Assembly: GCA_043228905.1 (NCBI GenBank)
Contig: JBHGNT010000016.1
Coordinates: 3,100,001-3,164,000 of the forward strand
Source: Azolla caroliniana
Lineage: Eukaryota; Plantae; Polypodiophyta
Length of the DNA stretch: 64,000 nucleotides
Direction of reading: 5' to 3'
Position 1 is the stretch's first letter. Each line of letters opens with the position of its first letter. Shown here one piece after another: positions 37,701-52,620 of the stretch. The notes beneath the pieces are model-generated. The model was not told the DNA's origin and searched no databases. It worked only from the letters and a program-made list of their open reading frames with translations. The position numbers were made by a program, and so were the translations under genes.

Positions 37701-40700
37701 TTCAGTCGTGCACATAAATCTATACAAATATGGAAATTTGAAATCATTTTTATCATGGTCACATTTTGAGCCTGTGTATTAGCGATTATCAGTCAAGCCT
37801 ATCTTGTTCATTGCGCATGCACATCATAACAGTGTTCTGGGGTAATATCAACGATTACATTACCACCCCTAGTAGTTTGAGAAACATCATGATATAGCCA
37901 TAGTGATTAAAGAAAGTTTCTCTCTCTAACTAAATTAGACCACATGAATAATGCATCATGACTATCCCGTCGCAACTAATGTGTATGTGTATCTAAGAGA
38001 GTCCCCACCCCCCTCCAAAAAATAAAATAAAATAAAAAATCGCCACTAGCCAAGACTTCCTAGGGATGATCAACAACCAATAAAATGAAGAGAGTACAAT
38101 AATTTATTTTTTACAATGTAGTTAATATGGCTATTTCAGTTATTAATTACATTAGCCATGATTTGTTATAGTGATTAAGCTCTAATCATATAAATTAATT
38201 GAGATAATGATTTATTGGTGAAGATCTAATGCAAAAAAGAGAAATTTGATGTTTTTTTTCCAAAAATAATTTGATGATGTTGATTGAGAGTGAGATCTAA
38301 TTGAAGAGATGATCACATGTCAATACATATTAATAGGAGAATTTAATACAAAATGTAACATACCTCATGTGACATTACAGGAGGATCAAGGTGGAGAATA
38401 GGTGAAAGGAAAACAAGGATAAATGTTCTCATTATGGAGCTGGAGGACATGGTCACATTCGAACAGAGGACATATGTTCAATACATATTCGATGTCTCAT
38501 GTCATTTTTATTTATTTTGTCTTTCACTACCCTTATTTGTGGATTTCCTAGGTCATCATGGCGAGAACCATTGTAATGCTTTTAGCCTAATCATTCCGTC
38601 ATGTATGCAGAATTCTATTATTGATGAATATTTTTTCGAAAAATTAATAAATGTAATAAGTAATGGTTGTTAAGATCTAGTGAAATAAGATAAACATGAA
38701 TATTACGTTTAAACACGAAAATTAATCAGATTAAAGCTCCAATCAAAGATTTGTCTCTATATTGAATGAATACAAAGTTCTTATCGAGAAGATTATTGTA
38801 AGGACCATTAAAGAATAGCACGATTAACAACACATAAATGAGTTTACTTTTTAACCAAGTCTATATGTAGTCAAATTATAAGGGGTTGTATTCTCATTTT
38901 ACCCCATTTACGAGATAAGGTTATCGTTTAGTTTTCAAACCTAGAAACCACATCATGCCAATTTTACAATCAAGTGCAGGCTTATTAAGCATTTGGAATA
39001 TCACAACTCATTCTCCCTTAGCCGATTGGAATGAAGGTATCGTTGAAGTTTAGAGAAAATGTCATAACTTTGAAACAAGGCTCCAAATAGAGCGACCAAT
39101 AATGCTTTGAAATCCCACTCCCTCTCTCACCCCCCCAAAGATGTTTCCAATATAGGTCATATCATAGGGTCTTTTGTAACATCAACTTGAAGCTTTAGAA
39201 ATCCTCAAACGAGAAAGTGTATAGATGACATGACATTTTTTAAAAGGCTTAATTTTGAGTTCAGCAATTTAATTAGTGCTACAAATTTGCTACCCTACTA
39301 ACGAGAAATGAAGTGGCATTTATACCTTCATTCTTCACATGATCACACAAAAACCTAAGCATTGATTGGGGAAAGGCATAGACGGAGAAACTATTTTTTG
39401 CAAAAGTCATCCTTGACTTGCAATGCAACATAACTTGGACCTCATTAATATACCACATAATTGGCATAAATAAAGACCATCTATTTTTGCAGTCCATACA
39501 AGAGTGGCTGGTCATTTTGAAAAACATGACACATTCATTAGTTGTAAGTATATTATACTATTTTGTTCATTTATGCTTATTCTAGAGCACCTCATTGTTA
39601 GCCTAGAAAGTTTCTAATTAACATCTTATTTACTTCACTAGTGCCAGATGTCATAGAGGAAACAAAAAAAACATGTATTCCCTTGTTATATGTAATTTAC
39701 AAGATATTCTCCACCATCAACCAATTTTAATGCTACGTTAACACCAAACTATATAGCATTTGTAAACAGTATCTTCAATTAGGAAACATGGCCATTTACA
39801 CATGGTTTTCAACCTCATTTTTCTCCTCGTATCATGTGTTTTAGACCTCAAAGATATGTTGGAACTATTCCCTTTCTTCAATTTTTGTAGATTTTATTCA
39901 ACAACTACGAATTTTGCTTGGGCCAAAGTACAACCTTATATAACCAATCTAGAAACAAGAAGCCAGTCTATATTAGTATTGTCATTGTCATAGAAAACTA
40001 ATGGAACATTCTTGTCAAGTTTCAAAAGGACTAGATGATTCAGACAACAATATGGTTCTCCTAGGCAAAAATTTCATAGGATTTTCCACATATTTGAGGG
40101 ACTTGTTTGTGTTGCTTGTTACATATCCACCACCCTAGATTTGTATGCATGATGTCATTGTGATGAAGGTATACCAATATCTAGTTGTAGGTATAAAAAG
40201 TCACATAAAGAATTTACCCAAAGATTCGGAGGGGCTCGAGGAGCTAGTGGAATATATAATTGAAAATCCTTTCTTCAACATGAGCAAGTGATGCATAAGA
40301 CCTAACCTTTAGTAATACATCAAATTGATTTTGATTTCTTTGAAGGAGTTGATTTCATTACGCGGGAATAAAGAAATAGTGCAATTTTATAATATGTCAA
40401 TCACTTACACTCTACCTAATGTAGGATTTTATAGAGCTCCCTCACCTCTCTCCACATCCAAGTCTATGTTTTAAACACCAAACCCCATCTCAAGGTTAGC
40501 AAAATGGAGTAATAAATTGTAAGATGCATTTTTCAAAAGGTTATGTGGTCAGTAGGTTAGAGAGAGTGTCATTACTAGTGAGAAGTTAGAACATTCATTG
40601 CATTTAGAATTTCACATTATTGCACTCTATACACATTCATGCATCGTTTTCAGGCATTTTTATATAATCAAGTTCCCCCTTCTTTTTATTTTTCACTAAT

Positions 40701-41037
40701 CTGTTAATCTCTTTAATGTATTCCAAGCACAAGTCGGTTGCTTGATAAAAATGAGAGTGTTTGCACTGATGATAATGCCCTATATTTTCTTTGAAATTAT
40801 GCCATGTCTCAACCTAAAGTTTGTCAACGATAGTTGAATTAATCCACTTGCCTTTGACACGTGGAAAAAAATTATGTGATTAACTAACGGATCCTATTGT
40901 TTTTTTTTTCCAATGCTTTGATGCTATCAAGCTCTACAATCAAGAGCCATTAAGAATAAAGAATACGTGTTACTACTAGAGAGAATATTTGTGAGATAAT
41001 TGTTTTAAGTTGATTTTGTCAGTATCTCATCACAACA

Positions 41038-42440
41038 TTTTTTTAAATTTTTTTTTTTTTCCAAAAAAAAAACACTACTTCCCATTAGTTAGCAAAAGAA
41101 GTACATCAAAGATCAACCATAATCAAAACAGCATAATCCCCACCCTACTATTTACAACAAAAGTATCCCGCTAACACTTTGTACATGGTGACCACATAAT
41201 TACAACTCCTGTCCATTCATGGAAGTCAATGGCGGAAACAACCATCTCGGTGCTTGGTAGTTCCATTTAGACCCTGACGCTGAATTTACCATCATAGGAG
41301 AACGACCCCATTTCAGCAAAAACTTTGACCGAGCCCTTTCTACTACATCTGAGTTCCCTTCAATCGAGTTGTATTGTCTGCGCAGCCAAGATACCAGCTC
41401 AAACCAAATGTTTAGCAACACCTCGCCGCTTGGGAGTTTTCGTTGCTGAAAAACAAACAAACATCGTCTGGTCCAAATGTGCCAGACCGAGAAGCATGCC
41501 ACCAACATCCATATCTCCTCAAAAAAACCAGAGTTTGTACCAAGTTCCACTCCAACACATTTGAATACATTGCCGCCCTGCACTATAAAACCATGACCGT
41601 GTGGATTTAGATGTTTCGCCCAACCTTCCTTAGTTAGTTTCAAACCCTGTAAGGACCCCCACACAACTCTCCCATTTACACCGCATGTTGCCACTATCTT
41701 GAGACTTCGACCCCAAATGTTGATTGCCTCTGCACAATTCCAAAAACAGTGAGGTATCGATTCCAAAGAGTGACCACATAACGTACAACCAGCCTCCCCA
41801 CCACGAGACCTCATCCACTCCCCTACAGGTAATGCCTTATGATTAAGAAGCCAAAACCACACCTTTATTTTTTCTGGCATATTTGATGCCCATAGTCTCC
41901 TCCAAAACGACTTCAACAAGTCATCTCATATGCCTTTATCCCTCCAACTATTGCGAGTCTGAACAACGCCCACTGATTTGGAGCCAATGATTTGCCTTCC
42001 GAGCTTAGTGTTATAATCAGAAAACCCCTCCAGTTTGTTCGTTCCCGGTTTCTGCCACCATACCTCTAGTGGATCCCACTCCAAATCATGTAGAGGCTTG
42101 TTGTCAAATAGCAATAGTTTACAATCAGTATCTAGCTTCCCTGGGTCCGGGTTTACTTGCCACTTCTTACCTTCCAACACTGCCAACCACCGACCATTGT
42201 TGGACAAAGCACTTAGGTTTCCCCACAAGTGATATTCATTAGATGGACACTTGCCACGAATAATTTGTCCATCACTCTCACCTACAAACCACCCAGACCA
42301 AACCCCCTCTTCCTTATTCAACCGATCTAGACCATCAACAGCCTTATTTATCAGTTGGGTCACCTTCGCAAGAATGAATCTAATCAACTTGACAATGTTG
42401 ATACCAAAACTATCATGGACACACCAACCATAAACTACGA
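41038..42440 (-). mobile_element. 5'-truncated LINE (L1-type) retrotransposon: ORF2 C-terminus with zf-RVT domain, 3' UTR and poly(A)
   Basis: KIKVWFWLLNHKALPV...CTLCGHSLESIPHCFWNC...VWHIWTRRC. ORFs 41926-42387 and 41200-41919 are the same frame split by one TGA. T-runs at 41038-41060 form the A-tail on the minus strand. Confidence 0.88.
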
Positions 42441-42801
42441 CGGAGCACAGGTGACAAGGCTACGACCAATGAGGCTACAAATGTGGAACTGGAAGTGACG
42501 AGGCTAGGAACTTTAGAAGTTGTGAGTGATGAGACTATGAACTGAGGAAGCTAGGATTAACTCAAGAGCATGAAGACAAATGTGACAATCAAGGAGACAA
42601 TATGGCATGAAACGAGAAGACTATATTGATGTGTCAATGGCCGGTGTTGAATCCCTTGAAAGGGACCAAGGAGGTTACAAGTATTTATACTGTGAGTTGA
42701 AGTACATGCATTAGAATATTCTAGAACCCTCTAGAACCTTCTAGTTTTAGAACTTTTTAGAGGTATGTGTTTAGAGGTATTTCTAATGGTTGAGCATGAC
42801 A
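42441..42801. mobile_element. Possible LTR fragment abutting the LINE 5' end
   Basis: Repeated gaggcta/gactatga motifs, 'gtatttatac' and tandem tctagaacc motifs typical of plant LTRs. Ends in TGACA. Confidence 0.35.
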
Positions 42802-45800
42802 TCTTTGTTGACATGAGATTGCATGTTCAATCCTCACCAACTATACATTTTATGTCATTGTATCGTGACACAGACAATGAAATTCATGTAGCAGCAATGT
42901 TGTATCATCTATCCAATTGTAATGGCGTGTATTCTTTTGTGAATTTGCAGCCAATGTGATAACCCCATTATAATATATGGAACCATATGTAAATAGAAAG
43001 AATTGTGGAGTAGATCAATCTATGGAACCATAGCTAGAGAGAAAACAAATGCACTAGTTTGAACACTTGCATGAGTACATAGAAAGTTATGTGGAGTATT
43101 ATTCAATATGCCTATACCAATAAAAGACAATATCAATGAATACACAGAAAAACACCACTAAACCATCGGCCAAGAATGTGTCTACGTGAAAGTGTTCGCT
43201 TCAAATCACCTAAAGTTGATATGATATTCTGTATCAACATTTCTCTTTACGTAAGGAGGTGTTATCTTTATGTACGCATTTGTTTTATCTATTCTTAAGG
43301 TACCAAACATAGTCAATATATGTTTCTCATACTTGGCAACATAAGTTACCAAAGCCCAAGGTCCAATCTATTAAATCCACCGCATGTGTATGCCATGCAT
43401 TAACAAACACAAGAGGAATATGAGTGTCAAAGCAATATGCAAAATTATAATTTTGGAATGACCCATTATTATACCAAAAAATAATTCTTTTAACCATCCT
43501 CTTAATTTTACAATAACCACTTCTTTTTTTTAAACATCAAAATATCGCATCAACTTTTAAATTGCTTGTTGAATGATACATTCTTGTCATAGGCGTTTTA
43601 GAATAGTTTCATTTAAAGTGTGATTGTCAATATAGTGCCTAATGCATTGGACCTATTTCTCTAACTAACAATACATTAGAGAAGGATGTGGAGAAAATGT
43701 AGCTCATCATATCAACACCTTCATCAACAAATCCTTGATTTATCTCATGTCACTATTTTCGCCTCTTTTAAATACACTTGATAATGTTTAGTACTCCATT
43801 GAATCGTTTCATCCACTCTCTATTAAGGAGGCTAATATGCAAGTATAGTTCTAAAACACCATCTAAACGTTATGTGAAATAATACAAAGACATTATTCGG
43901 ATTGCGTATATTTATCATGACACTCACTTGGTAAAAAAGAAGAAGAAGTCCAACAAATAAATCACAAATTACATATAAGCACCCACCTTACAATTTATTC
44001 CCGTTACGTTGCACAACCACATTCATCGAGTTTGCTGAAGCAATATTTCTTTAATTGTGAGTACAAAAAGGTATTGAAATATGTGTGGATCAATATGCAT
44101 GCTCTCGAATAAACAAGAGGACCTTATGCTAGTTTCTCATGGCAAGATTGAATTGGTTAATCCGAACTTGACCACTTGTTGATCCCATTATTTTGATACC
44201 CTTTACAACCAACTTGTTTACAAAGCATTCACGAGACGGTGGTTGAGTTTGAATGTTCAGTATATTTACTAGTTTTATATCGCGTTACTAAACATCAATA
44301 TCATCCCCATCCTCCTGCAACAATGAGCTCGGTCATAAAATACATGCATCCTCTTTTAACTTTTAAACACTAAAAAGGTTGCACAGGGCTATGGGATCCT
44401 TCTTGCGTATTTTAATATACATTACAACATTTTGTCAAATCTACGGATGACAAATCTTTGTCGCATTAACTCCCGTATTTGCTTGTCAATCAGGCTAGAG
44501 GTGACATTTGTTGTGCCATTTTGTCACAATATCCAAATCGGCTTTTTCCTAGGCAACCATACTAAAGTTCTTCACATCACACCTTTTCCTTTACTTTGGG
44601 CATTAGTACCAACTTCGAAAACATTTATCCGCAAAGGGAGTTAATTTTCTCCCTGTCCCTCTGACATTTAGTTCCAAATGGAATTGCATAGGTTTCTTCA
44701 CCTTGTCTCTTTCTTCCAAAGTGGATACAACATAGATTGTTTGCATTTTTGCATTGATACCCAGGATGTTTTTTCCATGTTGTTGAATAAAGAATCGATG
44801 TCAAAAAGTGTGGTAAAGCCTTTGCCTAGTAGTCATATTCTCAAAGGACATAATTAAGTAGAGTTTTTACAATAATAAGATATTGAACACCTCTTGAATC
44901 CACAACCTTATTGTTGCAAAAAAGTTCGATCTATTTGATACATTTTGATTTGTGAATTCCCTCAACGCGACCTCTAGCAAAAACATGTAAGGACATCTAA
45001 AATCTCTTATATGATGTATAACAAAACGCTTGATTGGGTATACCACATGATAGTGAATGAGTGATGTTATTTACAAATCATATACATTTCTACAACAAAT
45101 ACTTTTTGTTGGATATATGATACACAATGAATCGTTGCTCTATACTTTCACCAATTTGTATGCAATGGTGCCTATTTGTGTGCAAATGGAAGAAATGTAA
45201 GAGTCATGGGATTGTGTATAAAAAATGTGATTTCGTATTTACATGTCACAAATCTAGCTATAAAGGAGAACTTGAATTGTGATACCTTTTAAACGCATCA
45301 AATAATCTTATCACAAATATGACCACTTTATGTATTTATGTGGAGAAATATGTATGTATATTGAGACTTGGGCAGGTGGCTAAATGTAGTTTTGAGATGT
45401 TTATAATCATGCCATTTATTAAAATATTACATCATTGTACTTTTGTAGTATATATGCCATGGAAAGGCTCAAGGATGAAAGTGGCAAAACACATGGAAGA
45501 GTTATCTTACAAGTCAAGTGTTGTGTTTAGATGTAAGGCATTTGTTGTGAATCATAGAGCTTGGCTATATAGATATATCATATATATATATCAACCATCA
45601 ATGTGTTTGTCTAACCTCATAATGCGTAATGAATAGGAAAAAATGGAGCATTGAACTTGTGCATGACCAGATAACACAACTAGAACTCTTTCAGGATGTC
45701 CCTTGGGCATCTGTAATATGCGACCACTAGCCATTTTTAACTTATTATTGGACAACGATTTGAAACATTAAAATAAAAGCAATTCGTTATTTTTTGCTTT

Positions 45801-46617
45801 GTAGATTAAAGTAAATTGACATTATAAAATACAAAAAAAACAAATACAAATTTGTTAGGAATAATCTATACACACCCTTGTAGATGCCATTTAGAGTTAA
45901 GGAATTAGATTGTACTAGAGCATACTGGGACATTGATATATGTATATACATAGTTTGAGCACAAACAAGCGTTTAGCAATATTCATTACAAACATATTAA
46001 AAAATGCATGATATCATTTCCATTGTTTTTTATACAATTAGGTTTTCTCATTGTTTATTGTTCGAAACAATGAAACATGATGTGAATATTTGTTGTAAAT
46101 CCATTTGTAACAAGAGATATTATATGCGACAATAAATTCACAAATTTGGGAACGTGGAAATGCTCCATTAGAGATGAAAACAACGATGGTTTTTTAACAC
46201 ATGGACTCGTGAAAAACCATTGAAACATAAAACATAAAGTAAAAAAACATTCGCGATATATTCACTACAATGCATAAACAATAAAGACGAATGTGACATG
46301 TCAAATATCTTAACCAAATATGTCCATTGTTTTCTACATGAAAATATGTGTGTGAAGCCCTTGTCCCATCACTTATGGCTTGTAACGACAAATTGGGGCT
46401 AAATGCAATATTCACATCTTTCCAATTTTGCGTTGAGGAGACACCAATGTTGTCAAGGTAACGCATGATGGTTGTCAACTTAGTTGTTTTCCTATCCAGT
46501 ATCAAACGACCCTTTACCACACGGATTATAAAGGCTCCAACCTAGATTTCATTCATTACTTTGTCTTCCCTAGAATACAAGTATCTCCAAGGTAGGATGC
46601 CCATCTAAAAGGAATGG

Positions 46618-46676
46618 ACATACATACATACATACATACATACATACATACATACATACATACATACATACATACA

Positions 46677-46705
<29 letters not shown>
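46618..46705. repeat. (CATA)n tetranucleotide microsatellite
   Basis: Directly visible, about 22 units. Confidence 0.95.
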
Positions 46706-46707
<2 letters not shown>

Positions 46708-47299
46708 CCAAACATATTGTTTGTGCATTGTAAGAGGATAAACCAAAAGGTTTAGTAGGGAGCAAAAAAGACACCAAACTTTGGGTACTAGTGAAATTTC
46801 TTGAAAGAAGCAAAAGAAAAGTATCATATTGCAAGCAAGAATCCATGATTGGGAGCAACCCTATGTAGCTCTTTTCGTTCGTCATATCTCAACCCATACT
46901 CAATATGTTACTCATCAATATTGATAGATATCCCCTCCACTTATTGATGCCTTCACATCCTCGAGATCTTTATATGAAGTTTTATTCATCTTCTTTTTCT
47001 CTTCTCCCTGGTTAGGATCCTTCATATTATTCTATAAATACCAACCTAAGCAAAAGTCCTACAATAGGTTAATAAGATGTACAGTTGTACTCATGGTTTG
47101 TGTTTTGTGTTTTGTGTGGTTATATGGAGAGAGGGGATCAACCATCGTAAACTCAATTTACTTGGGAAGTGCTAAGCGCGAGAAGTGCTCCTCCATTTAG
47201 AAATATTGATCATTCACAAATGTAGATGCCGAATACATACATTTGATTAAGATTAATCACAAATGATGAGGCTAACTTAGATGTTGTAAGAGTTGTTTT

Positions 47300-48400
47300 G
47301 TGGGAATCATCTTTGTGGAGAAGTCATCAATAATAGAAAGGACACGATGGGGTCTATTTGCACATGGTAATACTGTGCTAAAATCTACAAATATGCATTC
47401 CCATTTTGAAGTTGGAATTTCAAGTGGTGGTGATCATGCCAAGTTTTCGTCTCCACTATTAATGTGAGACTTGTAAAATTAAGAAAAATCGTGCTTGATA
47501 TCCTTCAACCTAATTGGCTAAGTTCCCTCTAGTTTCATCATGCATGTACACAAAACTTTGATGGCTATCGTTCACAAAATGCTTGCTTTAATTCATCAAT
47601 AGGTCAATCAGCGGTAGTGTTCCAAAGCCATAAGGTTTCACTAACAAAAATAAACACTAATAAGGCCAAAGAAAGAGTACACCTCGATGAAAGTACATTT
47701 ATTTAAAGAGGTTGTCTTTTGCCACATCATCTATTAAACTTGTGAAATAAAGTTATTAAATCAATAACAATGTATACTACTTCTTGAGAATGAGTTGTGA
47801 TACTCGATTCTCGTGCACATGGATCAATCCTTCTTTTCAACCTAAAAAGATGAATTGGGATGGAGAAACCAGTTGGCCATGTACCCACTTAACGGTTCCC
47901 CTAGCTCATTTGTTTCAACAATATGGGTTTGTAAGCATCTTCAACTTCCTAAACTAGTTCATTGACATGGTCCATTGAATGATGAAATCCTAAACAAAAA
48001 GGAAATTGTCATAATATGGATAAATGTTCTTTGATTGAAGTAAAAACTCAAGTTCCAAACAATTGGAATTGCTTGATCTCAAGATGTCGATGTCGAAAAG
48101 AATGACATTGCATGCAACTTAAGCATGTTCCTTGTATTTCTTGGTTAGAAATTATTTTACGAGTTAATAGACATGGACATATTGCTACAGTTTACCAATG
48201 TATACATTGATGAATCATGAAACCAAGGGCAGTTGATCAACATTATATCCGATAATAAGAATCCCATAACCTTTCATCAAAGTGCCAAATAGTAATCATG
48301 ATAGGTTATAAATGGTTGGGGAACAAAATCCCACAACCATTCCCAATGAAGCAAAATGTTGGATTGGTTCATCTACATTTCATACAATGTAGTTTTATAT
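47300..48400 (-). mobile_element. Highly decayed LINE reverse transcriptase remnant
   Basis: Minus-strand fragments in the expected order resemble the VEW, RQGCPL (caactgcccttgg, ~48225) and SQFADD (atttcacaa..tagatgat, ~47725) motifs, with many stops and frameshifts. Confidence 0.3.
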
Positions 48401-51147
48401 AGTATAATTGTCTAGATCAATTTCCAAATCATCTACGAGAGAATCCAAAATATGTTTATCAACACAATTGCTCATGAACACACATAAATTGATGCTTAAT
48501 AGGGTTTTAATGGAGCTTCTATATATTCGTGAAAGCATAATCAACAAAGTAAAAATATGTGGATGCCTCATCGAAAATGTGCAGATTTTGTGGAGAGATA
48601 AAATGCATGCCCAAAATTTGTTTTTTATGCATGAACTTGATGTACATGTTGAAGTTGAGATTTTTTCACAAACTATTGGTCTACGCGCACGTGCGTGTGT
48701 GTGTTTACTGTTACTTAAGGAACTTAGGATATGTCCACTACAAATACTAAATGTGAATGGTTCACTATCTCATGTTTACAGAAATCATGTTAATGCAAGT
48801 AATATATCGCAAAAATTTAAGTTTCGATTTCTCAATTTATATCACTAGCACAACAAAAGGGCCAATATTTAGGTTATGGTCTATTCTACGTGTATTATTC
48901 GCATTGTGTCAATTAAAAGGCAATGTTATCATCTTTAGAATTCACATTATCTTTGATAGAGAGCAAGGTTATCGAGATTTAATTTTTGCATTGCATTACC
49001 CATGTTAAAAGACAATCCAATTGATTTGAGTCTTGGCCTTATTTATGAAACCATTGTTTTAAGAGTAGATCATTAGTCTAGATGTTCTCAAGCTAACATA
49101 CAAAGTTTTCTAATTTTTGCTTAATAATTGACACCATTTAAAACCCATTACTCATGACTTATATTAAGGTCGAAAGTCATGAACTTAAATTAGAACGTTT
49201 TGGCAACGTAAACTATTGAGGCTACAAATGATGATGTCATCGAATTGAGGTTGTTTTTGCGGCATGGGGGCCTTTACATTCTCATATTTAGCATGTAAAA
49301 GCAAATATTGCATATGACGCTTTCGTGTGTAATGTGTTGGTTTTGTCCAACAGTTCGAACTCGAGTAGATTTAAGAGTGAAACATAAACTCTCATTTTTT
49401 TTCTCCAATACAACCATTCTTTCCATGTGAGACACTTGAGGTGCGAGGGCTCCACATTCGATAACATGTGTTCAAATTTGGCATTTAACAACCTCTTGAC
49501 ATGATCGAAAATATCTCATGCACAAGTATTCAATACGCCATTGTTCCTCCATTAGTGCAAAGAATACTACAGAAAAATGAGCGCACAAAAACCAACAAAC
49601 AGTTATTGTTGTCTTGTATTAGATCTTTGGTTTTCACATAAGCAATCAATTTTGACCGTAGGTTAGAATGCATTAGTGATATTAAAGAGTTTACCTTCCC
49701 ACAAAGACAGGCACGAGAATGTCAACTATCACCCCATACTTCTGTGAAGCACTCCAATTGGATTGTAAACCTGGCCATGAAACCCTTTATGATCGAACAT
49801 TGGCAACATGTATTCAAAGTAAAGCACAAGCTATTAGAGGACAAGCAGAGGTTTAAGCTTGTCGAGGCAATATGACACTTATCGTTTTCATTGACTAACT
49901 GTTTCTTTAGATTCAACCACTGAATATCTTAGAAAATATGCCATGGTTCTTTCGGAAAATCAGATACGACCAATGGTTAATTGGTTGCAAACAAAGTTGG
50001 TACAATTTACTTTAGAACCCAAGTTGTATCTCTAAGTATATTCAATCATGTGAGTTATTATGATCAATTATTATTGATTGTCTTGGAAATATGTAGCCAT
50101 AAACTATAGACTACTTTTGTGACCATGCACATTTCATGTCGATGAAACCTACAAGGTCCTTCAATTGTTGACATAAAATAAACCGTAGGCACGTATGTAT
50201 GCACGTATGTGATAAAATGGGTCAAGTTTGTATTGTTCTGGAAAACAATTAGAGGAACCAAATAATGCTCGATGCAAGAGAAGGAAACTAGGAAGATACA
50301 ACTTCAAAAATATATCGTAACGTTTTGCAAAACTAATAATTTGTAGTGATGTTAGAACTTGAGTTGCGGTGGAAATTATGTGTATGGGAATAATGATCTT
50401 TCAATACCATGTATTGACTCGATATTTGTGGATTCATAATGAATTGATAAAACCGTCAAGAGAAGATTTCCACGAAAATGCTCGACTTATTTAACTCATA
50501 TCACCCGATCTTTGGCATTATTTTCTCATGATAAATTATGATATCCTTGATCTTTTCTCAAACCTCTCAAGAGCTTTTTGTATATATACATATATATAGC
50601 TCTACCTCCTCTTCCATAACATATACACTTGGTCAAATATACATCATGGCAACACTTCGTGGATATGAATATTACCATATATATATTATTCATTTTATCT
50701 ATTTACCTCAGGTAAAACTCTCCAAGCACCTTTCAGACATGAACATAGGCTTCCATGTCATCGAGTAATGTTTAGATTGTGATTGTATGTACTTATATTT
50801 TGTGTTGGTTTCTTTAAAATGTGTCTAGCTCAAGAATTTATTGAGATAGGCTCTTGTAGCAGACGACATCCTCTAAACAGGGGGAGGATCGTGTAACATG
50901 GCCAATGACCCTCTTTGCACATTATCCAACACGTCGCTGACACCAAGCCATGTGAGTGCAAAAGGATGAAAAGTAGTAGAACAGATGACATTCATTCCAA
51001 GCAAAAGTTATCTCCTCGTGCAACCGTCATTAATGAACTTTGAAATGGCATGCAACCAAGTGGGAAACATGATAAACAAGGATGCCCATTCTAAGGATGG
51101 TGACACGAAGGGGGAAAAAAAGAGGGTTTTCATAATGGTAATGTGAA

Positions 51148-51370
51148 TTAACGCAATGGAGAACGGTAAATGTTATCACCATCCACGTATATTTTGTCAA
51201 CTCGGTTTCTAGATATGGTTTGGCTAAATGCATTCATTCCAATGGTTGCAGTACATAGAGAAAAGAGGAGTTTTGATAATTGTGGGTGCGCATGTAAAGT
51301 TATGTTGCATGCTAAAAAGGCATGATAAACACTATGACTATCAAAGTACATTTGTGGTCGCCCTTCGTTT
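51148..51370 (-). mobile_element. Degenerate retroelement RNase H-like fragment
   Basis: MYFDSHS ... LFSLCT ... KIYVDGDN has spacing similar to the RNase HI motifs LYFDGSS ... CTNNxAEY ... LxVxGDS. Confidence 0.35.
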
Positions 51371-51916
51371 ATAGTTACGGTTTGAGGAATGCAAACAAAA
51401 AAGTTATAGGCGACAAAGGGAGGAAAGGAGATGCAAACACATATGTGATCTTCAAATGAAGGGAGGAAGGAAGCCTTTTGTAACATATATCACACGTGTG
51501 TGGATACATATCTTACATCGGAGGAAAGATACAGAGAGATCGATTGAACTCATGCTAGTTCCAAGGAGTTCCCCTGGTAGGAGAAAGAGCCAGAGAGTCT
51601 CTCACCACATATTATTACCTACACAAATCGTTTTCTTGCAGGAGTTGGCGCGACGCACTCATTCGTGTGGCAGAGAAAGATATCTGCGTCATACCCACAG
51701 TGCAAGCATGTTGGGCATACGGGTCCACCTAGTCGTAGGTTAAATGGATTTGGGAGTGTGCGCTCGAGGACCGCCCCCCAATGGGCTTTTTTATACAACA
51801 CATGCTCTTTCGCTCTCGTTGCATTGCGAGACAAGAAGAACACGACGGAGTTAGGGGCATGCTCCATCGATCTCTCCCTCGACATAACTCTCTCTCTTTT
51901 GTAATTAGATGGCACT

Positions 51917-51994
51917 ATGGAATGTAGGGTTTGAACCCATGCTTATGACCACCTGGTTTCCATTGGGCAACCTTACTAACTGAGCTACATCCAT
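51917..51994 (-). mobile_element. tRNA-derived SINE head or tRNA pseudogene
   Basis: Minus strand ATGGATGTAGCTCAGTTAGTAAGG...GGGTTCAAACCCTACATTCCAT has an A-box (TAGCTCAGTTAG), a B-box (GGTTCAAACCC) and complementary ends, but no canonical anticodon arm. Confidence 0.6.
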
Positions 51995-52239
51995 CTGGGC
52001 TCTCTTTCTCTCTTGTAGAGTAAATAGGAGGATATGTTATGTGTTCAGATGGCCCAACATAAAAAGGCTTGATGAGCAGACCGAGCTGTTTGTGAGCATG
52101 GGGTGGTGGCGGCGGCACACGGTACGAGCTCGACCTGTCGGCCGAAGCCCCGAGATGAAGGCGGCTAGCCGACCCTGTCCCAACCAAACCAAACCAACGC
52201 GACCTGTCCATGTCCATGTCCGCCCGGGAGATGGCTGAG

Positions 52240-52241
52240 CC

Positions 52242-52279
<38 letters not shown>

Positions 52280-52572
52280 CTCTTCACACACTCTCACTGG
52301 CCTTCACACGAGGAAGACAAAACTAACACACACACACACACACATACCTTCTTCTTCTTCTTCTTCTTCTTCTTTCTTTCTTTCTTCTTCTGTGTGAGTT
52401 CCCCTGTTTCTGTGCGTGTGTGTCCCCTGTCTGTGTGTATACACACCTACCTTCAATCTTCATCTCTGAGACTTGTCTCTTTCATTCCTTCTTCTTCATT
52501 CAACCTCCCTTTCTCTCTCACCCCCTCCCTCCCTCCCTCTTCTTTCTTACCTACAAAGTTCAAACCCTAGGC

Positions 52573-52620
<48 letters not shown>

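Noticed and set aside
39279-39527. Ty3/gypsy RT-like fragment (LRFLCDHVKNEGI); similarly YLDN at about 46450
   Set aside because: Resemblance limited to a few residues; cannot be supported without a profile search.
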